Origin: Proteobacteria bacterium SG_bin9
GTDB taxonomy: Bacteria > Pseudomonadota > Alphaproteobacteria > Rhizobiales > Xanthobacteraceae
Reading direction: 5' to 3'
NCBI GenBank assembly: GCA_002083525.1
Contig: LWDM01000050.1
Location: 26,032 to 90,031, forward strand
DNA: 64,000 nucleotides
The translations under genes were made by a program, and so were the position numbers. The notes beneath the pieces are model-generated. The model worked only from the letters and a program-made list of their open reading frames with translations. It searched no databases and was not told where the DNA came from. Below are positions 38,861-47,510 of this stretch, in pieces. Every line of letters begins with the position of its first letter. The first letter of the stretch is position 1.

Positions 38861-39607
38861 GTGACATCCAGCAAACGCGACTTCCCTTACTACAATGGTG
38901 AGCCGGTCCTGATTTCGGGCCGCCAATGGCTGCTGGTCATGGCCGCGGTGGTGTGCAGCTACTTCGTCCTGACCGCCCAGCTGCCGTTCTTCGCGACGCG
39001 ATTCGGGCAGTTCATTCCAGCAATCCTCTTCGTTGCCATCCCGCTTGCAGCGCTTGCGGCCATTACGCCGCAGCACTGGACCGCCTTGTTCCGCAGAGTC
39101 CGCGTCCGTGACGTGATGTGGATGATCCTGTTCGCGCTGCTTAATGTCATCGTCAGCATGAGCATCGGCCTAGCGGTGTGGGCCTTGACGGCAACCGCTG
39201 CGAACCCGGCCGTCGGCGCTGTCGGCGGAATGGGATCCGGCGATCTGATCTTCTTTTTCCTGAAGACGATCCCGCAGCTGTTCGGCGAGGAAGTTCTCAC
39301 CATTCTGCCGTTCCTGGCGCTGCTGTATCTACTGCATGCCCGCATGGAGATATCGCGAACGCAGGCTATCGTTGGCGCGTGGCTGATCGCAGCGATGCTG
39401 TTCGGTGTGGTGCACCTGCCGACCTACAACTGGAACTGGATTCAGTGCCTCGTCGTGATCGGCGGCGCGCGCCTTGTGCTGATGCTGCCCTACCTGCTGA
39501 CGAAGAACATCTGGGTCTCCGCCGGCGCGCATATTCTCAATGATTGGATGCTGCTTGGGTTCACCTTGCTCGGGCCTTATCTGCTCAAGGCCGGCGCAGC
39601 ATCCTAA
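38861..39607 (+). CDS. CPBP (CAAX) family intramembrane glutamic endopeptidase
   Basis: Polytopic 248-aa protein with motif 1 'FGEEVLTILPF', motif 2 'LFGVVHL' and motif 3 'GAHILNDW'. GTG start. Confidence 0.78.
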   Translation: MTSSKRDFPYYNGEPVLISGRQWLLVMAAVVCSYFVLTAQLPFFATRFGQFIPAILFVAIPLAALAAITPQHWTALFRRVRVRDVMWMILFALLNVIVSMSIGLAVWALTATAANPAVGAVGGMGSGDLIFFFLKTIPQLFGEEVLTILPFLALLYLLHARMEISRTQAIVGAWLIAAMLFGVVHLPTYNWNWIQCLVVIGGARLVLMLPYLLTKNIWVSAGAHILNDWMLLGFTLLGPYLLKAGAAS

Positions 39608-39610
39608 AAA

Positions 39611-40780
39611 TCAGTTTGCGAACAGCTGCCGCCCTGCGAGATCGAGCATGATCTCTTCGGAGCCGCCGCCGATCGCGTTCACCCGCACCTCGCGATAGAC
39701 GCGCTCGACCTTCGAGCCGGTGAGGAACGACGCGCCGCCAAGCACCTGCGCCGCTTCGCGCGCGACCGCTTCGAGGGTGCGCGTCGCCTGCACCTTCAGC
39801 ATTGCAAAATCGGACGGCACGCCCTTGCCTTCCTTCATCGCCCAGGCGCACTGATCGACCCACGCCTGCGTGGTGCCGATCTGCCGTGCCATGTCCGCGA
39901 GCTTGATGCGGATCGCCTGATGATCGACGAGGCGCTTGCCGAAGGTTTCGCGCTGGCGCGCCCAGTCCGCGGCCTCGGTGAGACAGACGCGAGAGTGCGC
40001 GCAGCAGTTCATCGCCATGCCGAGGCGTTCGCTGTTGAAATTGCGCATGATGCCTGCGAAGCCGCTGTTCTCCGGACCGATCAGGTTCTCCGGCGGCACC
40101 TCGACATTGTCGAAATAGAGCGTCGCGGTGTCCGAACAGCGCCAGCCCATCTTGTCGAGGCGCGTGCGGCTGAAGCCGGGGCGATCCGTCTCGACCAGCA
40201 TCAGCGAAATGCCGGCCGCGCCGGGGCCGCCGGTGCGGACCGCGACGGTGAGATAATCGGCACGCATGCCGGAGGTGATGAAGGTCTTCGAGCCGTTGAT
40301 GACGTACTTGTTGCCGATCTTCTCCGCGCGAGTCTTGATGTTGGCGACGTCGGAGCCGCCGGACGGCTCGGTGATGCAGAGCGCCATGATCTTTCTGCCG
40401 GAAAGCACTTCCGGTGCGATGCGGCGCTTCATCTCCTCCGAGCCCAGAGCCAGCACGGGCGGCAGCGCGATGCCGTGCGTCATCAGCGACGCGTTGAGGC
40501 CGCCGGCGCCGAGGCGCGCAATTTCCTCGGACTGCGTCAGGCGATGGAAGATGTCGAAGCCCTCGGAGACGCCGCCGTACTCTTCCGGGTAGCCGAGGCC
40601 GAGGATGCCCGCTTTCGCCGCTTTCACGTGCAGTTCGCGCGGCAGTTCGCCGTCCGCTTCCCAGCGATCGATATTCGGTGCGATCTCGCGGTCGACGAAC
40701 TTCCGCACCGAGCGTGCGAGTGCGTCATGGGTTTCGTCGTAGTGCGGCGAGCGTGCGCGCCAGTCGTCGAACATGGTCAT
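39611..40780 (-). CDS. Acyl-CoA dehydrogenase
   Basis: 389 aa with 'LCITEPSGGSDVA', 'INGSKTFITSG' and C-terminal 'IGGGSEEIM'. Confidence 0.92.
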   Translation of the reverse strand: MTMFDDWRARSPHYDETHDALARSVRKFVDREIAPNIDRWEADGELPRELHVKAAKAGILGLGYPEEYGGVSEGFDIFHRLTQSEEIARLGAGGLNASLMTHGIALPPVLALGSEEMKRRIAPEVLSGRKIMALCITEPSGGSDVANIKTRAEKIGNKYVINGSKTFITSGMRADYLTVAVRTGGPGAAGISLMLVETDRPGFSRTRLDKMGWRCSDTATLYFDNVEVPPENLIGPENSGFAGIMRNFNSERLGMAMNCCAHSRVCLTEAADWARQRETFGKRLVDHQAIRIKLADMARQIGTTQAWVDQCAWAMKEGKGVPSDFAMLKVQATRTLEAVAREAAQVLGGASFLTGSKVERVYREVRVNAIGGGSEEIMLDLAGRQLFAN

Positions 40781-40914
40781 GGCTGATCATCCGGCAGGTC
40801 TGATCGGCAACGATGGCGTCGGTCGCGGTGAAATGTCCAGCCGGGGCTAGTGGTCCGATTCTAACATTCGCATCACATCTCAGCGCACGCTTAGCGAATG
40901 TCAAATCCACTCCA

Positions 40915-41229
40915 CTAGAGGATGCGGGCGCAGAGCGTCTTGAACATCAGGATCAGCGCCGCCGAGATGATAAGCGGCAGACAGATCGTGCTGGCGATGC
41001 TCGCCCAGATGATCTGATCCTTGCCGTCGAACCCGTCCGACCAGATGAAGGAGGGCAGGACGCGCGAGACATCTCCGGACACGAGGTCGTAGAGCGGTCG
41101 AAACAGCATGAGGCCACCAATGAGGAGGCCGCTGTATTCCCACCAGTGGCCCATCGCCCGGCGGACGAGAAAGATGGTGGCTCCGATAAGAATTGCCGCA
41201 ATGACGATCACCGAGAGCCAGCCCAACAT
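40915..41229 (-). CDS. Hypothetical small membrane protein (104 aa, 3 TM helices)
   Basis: Hydrophobic helices 'WLSVIVIAAILIGATIFLV', 'YSGLLIGGLMLF' and 'ICLPLIISAALILMF'. No family recognised. Confidence 0.45.
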   Translation of the reverse strand: MLGWLSVIVIAAILIGATIFLVRRAMGHWWEYSGLLIGGLMLFRPLYDLVSGDVSRVLPSFIWSDGFDGKDQIIWASIASTICLPLIISAALILMFKTLCARIL

Positions 41230-41291
41230 TCCTTGCCTTCCGCATTTCAGAGTCGCGGTCGTTAGTCGCGGCGAACGGCCGAATGGTTCGA

Positions 41292-42164
41292 TTATTCCGG
41301 CGGAGCGACCTCTCGGCGCGGCAGCTGCGCGCGCTGGCTCAGCCAGACGCTGCCGAGCACCATGACGATGCCGGCCATCTGCATGGGCGTCAGATTCTGC
41401 CCGAGGACCAGCCAGCCCAGAATCACCGCCGTTACCGGACTGAGTAGGCCGAGCGGCGAAATCACCGACGGCTCAAGCCGCGCGAGACCGCGAAACCACA
41501 GGATGTAAGTGAAGGCCGCGCTGATCAGGCCGAGATAAAGAAAGCCGGTGATGTTCGGTGTCGTGAGCGCAGGCAGCGGCGGCTCGAACCAGAGCGCGAC
41601 AGGCACGAGCAGCAATCCGCCTGCGGTCAGTTGCCATGATGCGAAAGTCAGCGGCGACACCGGCGGTTGCCAGAACCGGCTGAGCACAGTCCCCGCCGCC
41701 ATCGATGCGGCGCCGGCGAGGCCCGCAATGACTCCGATGTCGTCGAGTGCGGCTTTTGGTGTGAGAACGAGCAGCGCGACGCCGGCGATGCCCGCGATTG
41801 CGGCCGCAATCGAGAGTGCGCGGATGTGTGTGCCGAGCAGCAGCCGCGCAAACAGGATCACCACCAGCGGCTGGATCGCGCCAACTGTTGCCGCCACACC
41901 GCCTGGCAGGCGATAGGCGGAGATAAAAAGCATCCACCAGAAAATCGAGAAGTTGAGCGCGCCCAATATCAGCACGCGGGCCCACCAGATGCCGTGCGGC
42001 AGCTGCCGTACGAACAGGAGCAGCAGCAGCCCTGCGGGCAGCGCGCGCAGCATCGACACCGTCAGCGGATAACCGGCCGGAAGCAGTTCGGTGGTGACGA
42101 GGTAGGTGCTACCCCAGATCGCAGGGGCGACGGCGGTCAGCAGCAAATCGAGGTTGCGGTTCAT
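41292..42164 (-). CDS. EamA/DMT family transporter
   Basis: 290 aa with 10 TM helices and a duplicated EamA architecture ('AIWGSTYLVT', 'FTYILWFRGL'). Confidence 0.88.
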   Translation of the reverse strand: MNRNLDLLLTAVAPAIWGSTYLVTTELLPAGYPLTVSMLRALPAGLLLLLFVRQLPHGIWWARVLILGALNFSIFWWMLFISAYRLPGGVAATVGAIQPLVVILFARLLLGTHIRALSIAAAIAGIAGVALLVLTPKAALDDIGVIAGLAGAASMAAGTVLSRFWQPPVSPLTFASWQLTAGGLLLVPVALWFEPPLPALTTPNITGFLYLGLISAAFTYILWFRGLARLEPSVISPLGLLSPVTAVILGWLVLGQNLTPMQMAGIVMVLGSVWLSQRAQLPRREVAPPE

Positions 42165-42194
42165 TTTCGGGCTTTTCTGTTGTTATCCGATTTA

Positions 42195-42235
42195 TCTTGA
42201 GGTCAAGATAATGTCTGATATCTTGACGTCAAGAC
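42195..42235. promoter_or_regulatory. Two palindromic operator-like sites in the divergent EamA/MarR promoter region
   Basis: 'ATCTTGA-GG-TCAAGAT' (42195..42210) and 'TCTTGAC-GTCAAGA' (42222..42235), with centres 26 bp apart, located 20-60 nt upstream of the marR-family ATG. Confidence 0.6.
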
Positions 42236-42254
42236 ATCCCGACGCCATCCTGCA

Positions 42255-42758
42255 ATGATGGATCGCGTCGACGACATCCTCGCGCAGTGGCGGCGGGAAC
42301 GGCCTGACCTCGATGTCGGGCCGATGGGAATCATCGGCCGCATGCGCCGCATCTCGCAGCATCTCTTGCGCGGGATGGAGAAGACGTTCGCGGAGCACGG
42401 CCTGCAGGACGGCAGCTTCGACGTGCTGGCAACGCTGCGGCGATCGGGACCACCCTATGCACTGTCGCCCGGTGACCTTCTGCGCACGATGATGATCACC
42501 TCCGGTACGATGACCAATCGCGTCGATCAGCTGGAGAAGGCCGGGCTCGTCAAGCGCACGCCGAATCCGGAAGACGGGCGCGGCTTCATCGTCTCGCTGA
42601 CCAAGAAGGGCTTCAATCTGATCGACGCGACGATGACTGCGCACGTCGAAACCCAGAAGCGGCTGACCTCGGCGCTGTCGAAAGAAGAGAGAGCGACCCT
42701 CAACGCGCTGCTCGGCAAATACCTCGCGAGCTTCGAGGCGGCCGAGCGGGGTGACTAG
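42255..42758 (+). CDS. MarR family transcriptional regulator
   Basis: 167 aa with the winged-helix region 'FDVLATLRRSGPPYALSPGDLLRTMMITSGTMTNRVDQLEKAGLVKRTPNPEDGR'. Confidence 0.9.
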   Translation: MMDRVDDILAQWRRERPDLDVGPMGIIGRMRRISQHLLRGMEKTFAEHGLQDGSFDVLATLRRSGPPYALSPGDLLRTMMITSGTMTNRVDQLEKAGLVKRTPNPEDGRGFIVSLTKKGFNLIDATMTAHVETQKRLTSALSKEERATLNALLGKYLASFEAAERGD

Positions 42759-42837
42759 CACCGATCCTCGTACGCCGACGGTTTGCGGTCGGAGCGATCG
42801 TGTGCATTGATACGCCCGATCCAACCCGGAGCCCACG

Positions 42838-43920
42838 ATGGACGACGCTGTACGGGACGACATCGTGGCGCTGCTGCCGCCGCTCATGCAATCGATCGAA
42901 GCACTGAGCTTCGTCGCGCGTTATCTGCATCCGCCTGATTTCGGCAATGTGATGGAAATGGCCGGCACGCCGGACGATGCGCTGCGCGAGGCGCGGCCGC
43001 GGCTGAATGCCTGGCCCGAACAGCTGAAAGGCGTGGCGACGCTGTTGGGGGCATCGAGCGACGCGGTGATCGCAAGCTTTGACGGTTTGCGGAAGGCGCC
43101 CGAGCAGGAGAACAGCATGGTCGCCGTCTTCCGGGCGCTGCGTTATGTCTCGCGCGCGCAGGAAGCGCTCTATCCGCTCGCGGCCGCGATGCCCGCCATC
43201 AGCCGCTTCTTCATCGTGCCCGATATGCGTGACGATGCCGGACTGCTGGAGCGGATTGCGAAAGCGGAGAAGCGCGACGACACCGGCATTGCGCACGCGA
43301 ACAACGAACCCGGCAGCCGCGGCGGATTTTCGATCTACGTGCCGGAGTACTACACGCCGGACCGCGCATGGCCGGTGGTGTTCGCGCTGCATGGCGGCAG
43401 CGGCAACGGTCGTGCGTTTCTCTGGAGCTGGTTGCGCGATGCGCGCAGTCATGGCGCGATTCTCGTCTCGCCAACGGCAACCGGCTCGACCTGGGCGCTG
43501 ATGGGTGACGATGCGGATTCGCCGAATCTTGCACGTATTCTCGAGATGGTGCGCGGCCGCTGGAACGTCGATGCCGCAAAATTGCTGCTCACCGGCATGA
43601 GCGACGGCGGCACGTTCTCCTATGTCAGCGGCCTCGAAGCGTCGTCACCGTTCACGCATCTCGGTCCGGTGGCATCGTCGTTCCATCCGCTGATGGCGGA
43701 GATGGCGGACAAGCAGCGGCTGCAGGGCCTGCCGATCTATCTCGTGCACGGCCAGCTCGACTGGATGTTCCACGTCGACGTGGCGCGGCAGGCGAAACAG
43801 GCGCTGTCATTTGCTGGCGCGAACGTGACGTATCGTGAGATCGACGATCTCAGTCACACCTATCCGCGCGAGATCAATGCAGCGATGTTGACATGGCTGA
43901 ACGAGATACCCGCAAAATGA
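42838..43920 (+). CDS. Alpha/beta hydrolase (phospholipase/carboxylesterase-like) with an N-terminal extra domain
   Basis: 'VVFALHGGSGNG' and nucleophile elbow 'LTGMSDGG', with 'VHGQLDWMF' and 'DLSHTYP' as candidate acid/His residues. Confidence 0.75.
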   Translation: MDDAVRDDIVALLPPLMQSIEALSFVARYLHPPDFGNVMEMAGTPDDALREARPRLNAWPEQLKGVATLLGASSDAVIASFDGLRKAPEQENSMVAVFRALRYVSRAQEALYPLAAAMPAISRFFIVPDMRDDAGLLERIAKAEKRDDTGIAHANNEPGSRGGFSIYVPEYYTPDRAWPVVFALHGGSGNGRAFLWSWLRDARSHGAILVSPTATGSTWALMGDDADSPNLARILEMVRGRWNVDAAKLLLTGMSDGGTFSYVSGLEASSPFTHLGPVASSFHPLMAEMADKQRLQGLPIYLVHGQLDWMFHVDVARQAKQALSFAGANVTYREIDDLSHTYPREINAAMLTWLNEIPAK

Positions 43921-44450
43921 CCCGCAAGCCGAAAGTGCTGGACGATCCGTTTGCGGATGTCTCGGCAGCGAAGCGCAAGGCAGGGACGCAACCGGGTCAA
44001 GCGAAGGGGCAATGCCTTTGCGGCACCGTCCGCTTCGAGATCGATGTTCCCGCGCGCTGGGCCTGGCACGACCATACGCGCGCCAGCCGTATCGCCCACG
44101 GCGCCGTTTACGCCACCTATGTCGGCAGCTGGCGCAAGCGTTTTCGCGTTACGGAAGGCGAGGATAGCATCACGCGCTACGATGATGCGGCGACGAAAAC
44201 GTCGCGCAGCTTCTGCAGCCGGTGCGGTACGCCGCTGTTTTATGAGCGCGGGCGCTCGAAGCACATGATCAATATTCCGCGCGCGCTGTTCAAGAACCGC
44301 ACCGGGCGCGAGCCGCTCTATCACATCGGCATCGATGAACTGCAAGCGTGGGCGTACATGGGAACGCCGCTGGGGCCCTTGAAAGGATATCCCGGCGTCG
44401 TCTGGGAGCGGCCGAGGAAGAAAAAGGCCTTCGATTTTCCGGGGGCCTGA
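43917..44450 (+). CDS. GFA (glutathione-dependent formaldehyde-activating / CENP-V) family protein
   Basis: 'CLCGTVRFEI' and 'FCSRCGTPLF' zinc-binding cysteines. Start at ATG 43917, overlapping the upstream stop (ATGA). Confidence 0.8.
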   Translation: MTRKPKVLDDPFADVSAAKRKAGTQPGQAKGQCLCGTVRFEIDVPARWAWHDHTRASRIAHGAVYATYVGSWRKRFRVTEGEDSITRYDDAATKTSRSFCSRCGTPLFYERGRSKHMINIPRALFKNRTGREPLYHIGIDELQAWAYMGTPLGPLKGYPGVVWERPRKKKAFDFPGA

Positions 44451-44465
44451 TTTGCTCGGCTGCCT

Positions 44466-45044
44466 CTATGCCTGCATGCGCAACGCGCCGCTCGACGGGG
44501 GCAGGATGTAATCGGAAAGTCCGGCCGGGATGCGAAAGCACGTCCGCGGAACCTGCGGATGCAGCGAGAAGAATTCGGTATCGCTTCCCTCCACCGGCTC
44601 GAAGCCGGAGCGGTCGAGCACATAGACAAAGCCGGACGACCACAGCATCGGATCGCGCCGCCAGAGCATGTGTCCCGGTTCACCGTCAGCCCGGAAATCG
44701 TAGCTCGGCCCGTTTCGGCGATACGTATAGGTTATGGAGCCGAAGCGATCGCGCAACCAGCCGACGTTCAGCAGGGCATGAAGGATGACCTCGACCCAGT
44801 CGACGCTCCCGTACACGGCGCATAGTGAACCGGATGCCTTGTGAAAGTCGGTCGCCTGTCGGGGGTCGAGACAATTCAATGGCGCTGGGTGGTTGCCGCC
44901 GTGAAGGACAAATCCCCCTGTGCCGGTCAAAAGGGCGAGCAACGCGACAATCCGGTCAAGCGGCTCCGCCGTCAGATCGGAATGCCGGTCACCGCTGATG
45001 CGTTTCAGCAGATGCTGCAGGTCGATCGCATCGCTCTCCGGCAT
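44466..45044 (-). CDS. Unknown 192-aa soluble protein, last gene of the rSAM/HExxH operon
   Basis: ATG shares one base with the HExxH gene stop (TAATG). No TM segment and no motif I can assign. It shares the lower-GC3 codon usage of the operon. Confidence 0.7.
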   Translation of the reverse strand: MPESDAIDLQHLLKRISGDRHSDLTAEPLDRIVALLALLTGTGGFVLHGGNHPAPLNCLDPRQATDFHKASGSLCAVYGSVDWVEVILHALLNVGWLRDRFGSITYTYRRNGPSYDFRADGEPGHMLWRRDPMLWSSGFVYVLDRSGFEPVEGSDTEFFSLHPQVPRTCFRIPAGLSDYILPPSSGALRMQA

Positions 45045-46210
45045 TAAGCAAACTCAGTGATCCGCTCGTCCAGAGGCTGGAACAGTCCGCGGCCGAACTC
45101 GGTCAGGGCGGGATTGTCGCGTAGCGGTCTTGCCAGCGTCTCGATGTCCTCGCGCAGGAACTGTTCGTTCGCGTCGACGTAACCGCGATCGTCATAGCCG
45201 GTCTGTTTGATCCGGTTGAAGAAGAGCAGCGTATTTGCGAGCGCGTGGTAGGCCATCAATACGCGATTGATCGGCCGGGCTTTGCGGATGGGCGGCGACC
45301 AGTAGAGTTCGGTATCGGTTCCGTCGTCGATCGGGCCGAGGCGCTCGAGCATATAGTAATACTGATGCGAACATTCGTGCACCAGCAGCTCGGCGATCAC
45401 CACCGGAGCATGCGGATAGGAAGAATGAACATACCCAGGCACTTCCTCCCAGCTTCCGGACACGGTCTTGAACGCAGGCTGGAGTGCGCCGACGACGATC
45501 CCGTTCAAGGCGCGATCGACCCAGGCGCGATACTCTGGGGCAGCCGCGTGCAGCGCTTCAAACCCGCCGCGGAAAGTTGCGATCGCATCGTCATCGATCG
45601 ATCCCACCGTGTGGCATTCGCGGAAAAAATCGGAGCCGCCGCCGACGGGCAGCGCGTAGTTTGGGACCAGGTGCGCGCGGCCGAAAGGGGCAACCGTGTG
45701 CATACGAGGCACAGCGGCTGCCATCCAGGCGCCGCCGATGCGTTCGAAGGCATACGCCGTTCCGGAGGCGTCGACGAGCTTGAGCGTTGCGCCATCCGAA
45801 CCGGATTGTGTGGCTTCGGCGCGAACGACGTCCCGCATCGCGCGGCCGTCGAATATCAGCGGCGCCGGTTTGAAAGAGGCTGACCAGTTTCCGTCGTGGC
45901 CGGTTTCAGTCAGCGCGACTGCCACCCGCACTGCGATTTCCGCCGGATCGACCCTGCCGTCCTTGAGCGCCAGGCCTGCCAGTCCGAACGCCATGGACCA
46001 TCCTGCGCGCGCGCGTTGCGGCGAAGGCGGCTTGCCGAGCCAGCCGCTCAGGAACGCCTGCAGTCCGTCGCCGGCCTCGATGCGCTTGCCATGCACCTCG
46101 AGGAACAGTCCGAGCGTGCCTGTCGCGCTGGTGCAGATCACGGTGTCGAAAAGCGATTCATCGACGGGGCCGCACGGAAGGCTGAACGGTGTGATCAGAT
46201 CGTTGCGCAT
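45044..46210 (-). CDS. HExxH-motif protein (resembles the TIGR04267-type / alpha-KG-HExxH peptide beta-hydroxylase family)
   Basis: 'VIAELLVHECSHQYYYMLERLGP' and a later 'AYHALAN'. The ATG at 46210 is preceded by GAGGAG, which is formed by the last two codons of the rSAM gene; there is a 4-nt gap after the rSAM stop. The track start 46225 is a TTG. Confidence 0.8.
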   Translation of the reverse strand: MRNDLITPFSLPCGPVDESLFDTVICTSATGTLGLFLEVHGKRIEAGDGLQAFLSGWLGKPPSPQRARAGWSMAFGLAGLALKDGRVDPAEIAVRVAVALTETGHDGNWSASFKPAPLIFDGRAMRDVVRAEATQSGSDGATLKLVDASGTAYAFERIGGAWMAAAVPRMHTVAPFGRAHLVPNYALPVGGGSDFFRECHTVGSIDDDAIATFRGGFEALHAAAPEYRAWVDRALNGIVVGALQPAFKTVSGSWEEVPGYVHSSYPHAPVVIAELLVHECSHQYYYMLERLGPIDDGTDTELYWSPPIRKARPINRVLMAYHALANTLLFFNRIKQTGYDDRGYVDANEQFLREDIETLARPLRDNPALTEFGRGLFQPLDERITEFA

Positions 46211-46214
46211 CGTC

Positions 46215-47393
46215 TTACTCCTCAAGCTTGCAGAGCAATTTCTCAGGAAGGTCGCGCCGGATCACGGTCCTCATCCGGTCGGCCAGCGCGAACAAAGCGT
46301 CGCAATAAAGCGAGGGGTTCGAGAAACCCTGTCCGTCGAACCGGTGCGGCAGATAGCCCCCTCCGCACGCCGAAAGGTTCGGGCAGGATGCGCAGGTGCT
46401 GCACAGCGTCTGCAGGTTCATGACCTCGTAGTCGGACGCATGCAGCGACAGCTCGTGCTCGAAGATGTTGAGCCGGTCATGCGAGCAGTCGCCGCCGCAA
46501 AGCCGGGTCACGTCGCTTAGTCCGATGGACCCATCCGACTCGATCACGCAGAGCATTTGCAAATCGCCGCCGAGCGAATCCAGATAGACATCGCCCCCCA
46601 GAAGGCCGGTCATCATCGTCTCTAACATGCGGATGCGAGGGGCCGCTTCCCCAAGCCCGTACCAGCGTTCGAAAGCTTCTAGCAAAAAGCGGCGATAGGG
46701 CTCAGGCCCCTGCCACTCGTCCGGCAGGTTCGCGCGGTTGCCGTTCGGCAGCAGCAGGTCGAACTCGGAGAAGCCTTGCTTCACGAACCAATCGACGATC
46801 TCCGCGCCGTTGGCGATCGGATCGATCACGCACAGGCAACCGCCGAACACGGATCTGAATTCCGGGACGTCGCGCCGCAAGCCGCTGATCACCGCAAGCA
46901 ATTGTTCGGTCGATCCGCTGCCGTCCTGCCGCATCACTCTGCGGCGATCCGCGATCTCGGGCGGACCGTCAATGCTCAATCCGAAGCAAACCTCGAATTC
47001 GTCGAACAGTTCGACCCAGGCACGATCGAGCAGAAGTCCGTTGGTCTGCAGCACGAAGTGAATCGTTACATTTTCGGTGGCGCGCAGAATTTCGAGAATG
47101 CGCCGCATATGCCGGTGCCCGACAAGCAGCGGCTCACCGCCATGAAGCTCGATGGTGAAACTGTCGAATCCGAACTTTCGACAATGCTCGGTGATACGTT
47201 CGGACAAACGCCGGATGACTCGCTCGGAGATCACTGGCGGCCGGTTAGCCCACGAACTGTCGCCGCGATTGTAGACATAGCAGTATGTGCAATCGAGATT
47301 GCAGCGCTGCGCCACCTTGACGATGGCCTGACGCAGCACGCCGTCCTTGAAGCGGCGGGATTTCTGTTCCCGCCCGACCTCATTTGAGGGCAT
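46215..47393 (-). CDS. Radical SAM/SPASM domain peptide maturase (FxsB-like)
   Basis: 'VAQRCNLDCTYCYVY' (CxxxCxxC), 'ELHGGEPLL', and a C-terminal Cys-rich SPASM region 'LCSTCASCPNLSACGGGYLPHR...YCDALF'. SD AAGGAGAG lies 5 nt upstream of the ATG. Confidence 0.88.
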   Translation of the reverse strand: MPSNEVGREQKSRRFKDGVLRQAIVKVAQRCNLDCTYCYVYNRGDSSWANRPPVISERVIRRLSERITEHCRKFGFDSFTIELHGGEPLLVGHRHMRRILEILRATENVTIHFVLQTNGLLLDRAWVELFDEFEVCFGLSIDGPPEIADRRRVMRQDGSGSTEQLLAVISGLRRDVPEFRSVFGGCLCVIDPIANGAEIVDWFVKQGFSEFDLLLPNGNRANLPDEWQGPEPYRRFLLEAFERWYGLGEAAPRIRMLETMMTGLLGGDVYLDSLGGDLQMLCVIESDGSIGLSDVTRLCGGDCSHDRLNIFEHELSLHASDYEVMNLQTLCSTCASCPNLSACGGGYLPHRFDGQGFSNPSLYCDALFALADRMRTVIRRDLPEKLLCKLEE

Positions 47394-47404
47394 GACTCTC
47401 CTTT

Positions 47405-47424
47405 GTCCGCGTGAGAGCGCGGAC
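47405..47424 (-). other. Stem-loop immediately 5' of the rSAM ribosome-binding site
   Basis: 'gtccgcg tgagag cgcggac' forms a 7-bp GC-rich stem. On the mRNA it sits between the precursor ORF and the rSAM SD, and is preceded by a U-run ('ggcuuuuugg'). Confidence 0.6.
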
Positions 47425-47451
47425 CCAAAAAGCCGAGTTGAGCCGGTGGCA

Positions 47452-47497
47452 TCGGACTGTTCGCGTCGGACTATTCGGACTGTTCGCGTCGGACTAT
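47452..47497. repeat. Perfect 23-nt tandem direct repeat (2 copies plus a partial third)
   Basis: 'tcggactgttcgcgtcggactat' at 47452..47474 is repeated exactly at 47475..47497 and followed by 'ttgtgtcggac'. Each unit contains the sub-repeat 'tcggact'. Confidence 0.9.
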
Positions 47498-47510
47498 TTG
47501 TGTCGGACGA

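Noticed and set aside
47452-47510. The tandem 23-nt repeats as a miniature CRISPR array.
   Set aside because: The repeats are directly adjacent with no spacers, only about 2.5 units are present, there are no cas genes, and the repeats lie inside an operon's intercistronic spacer.
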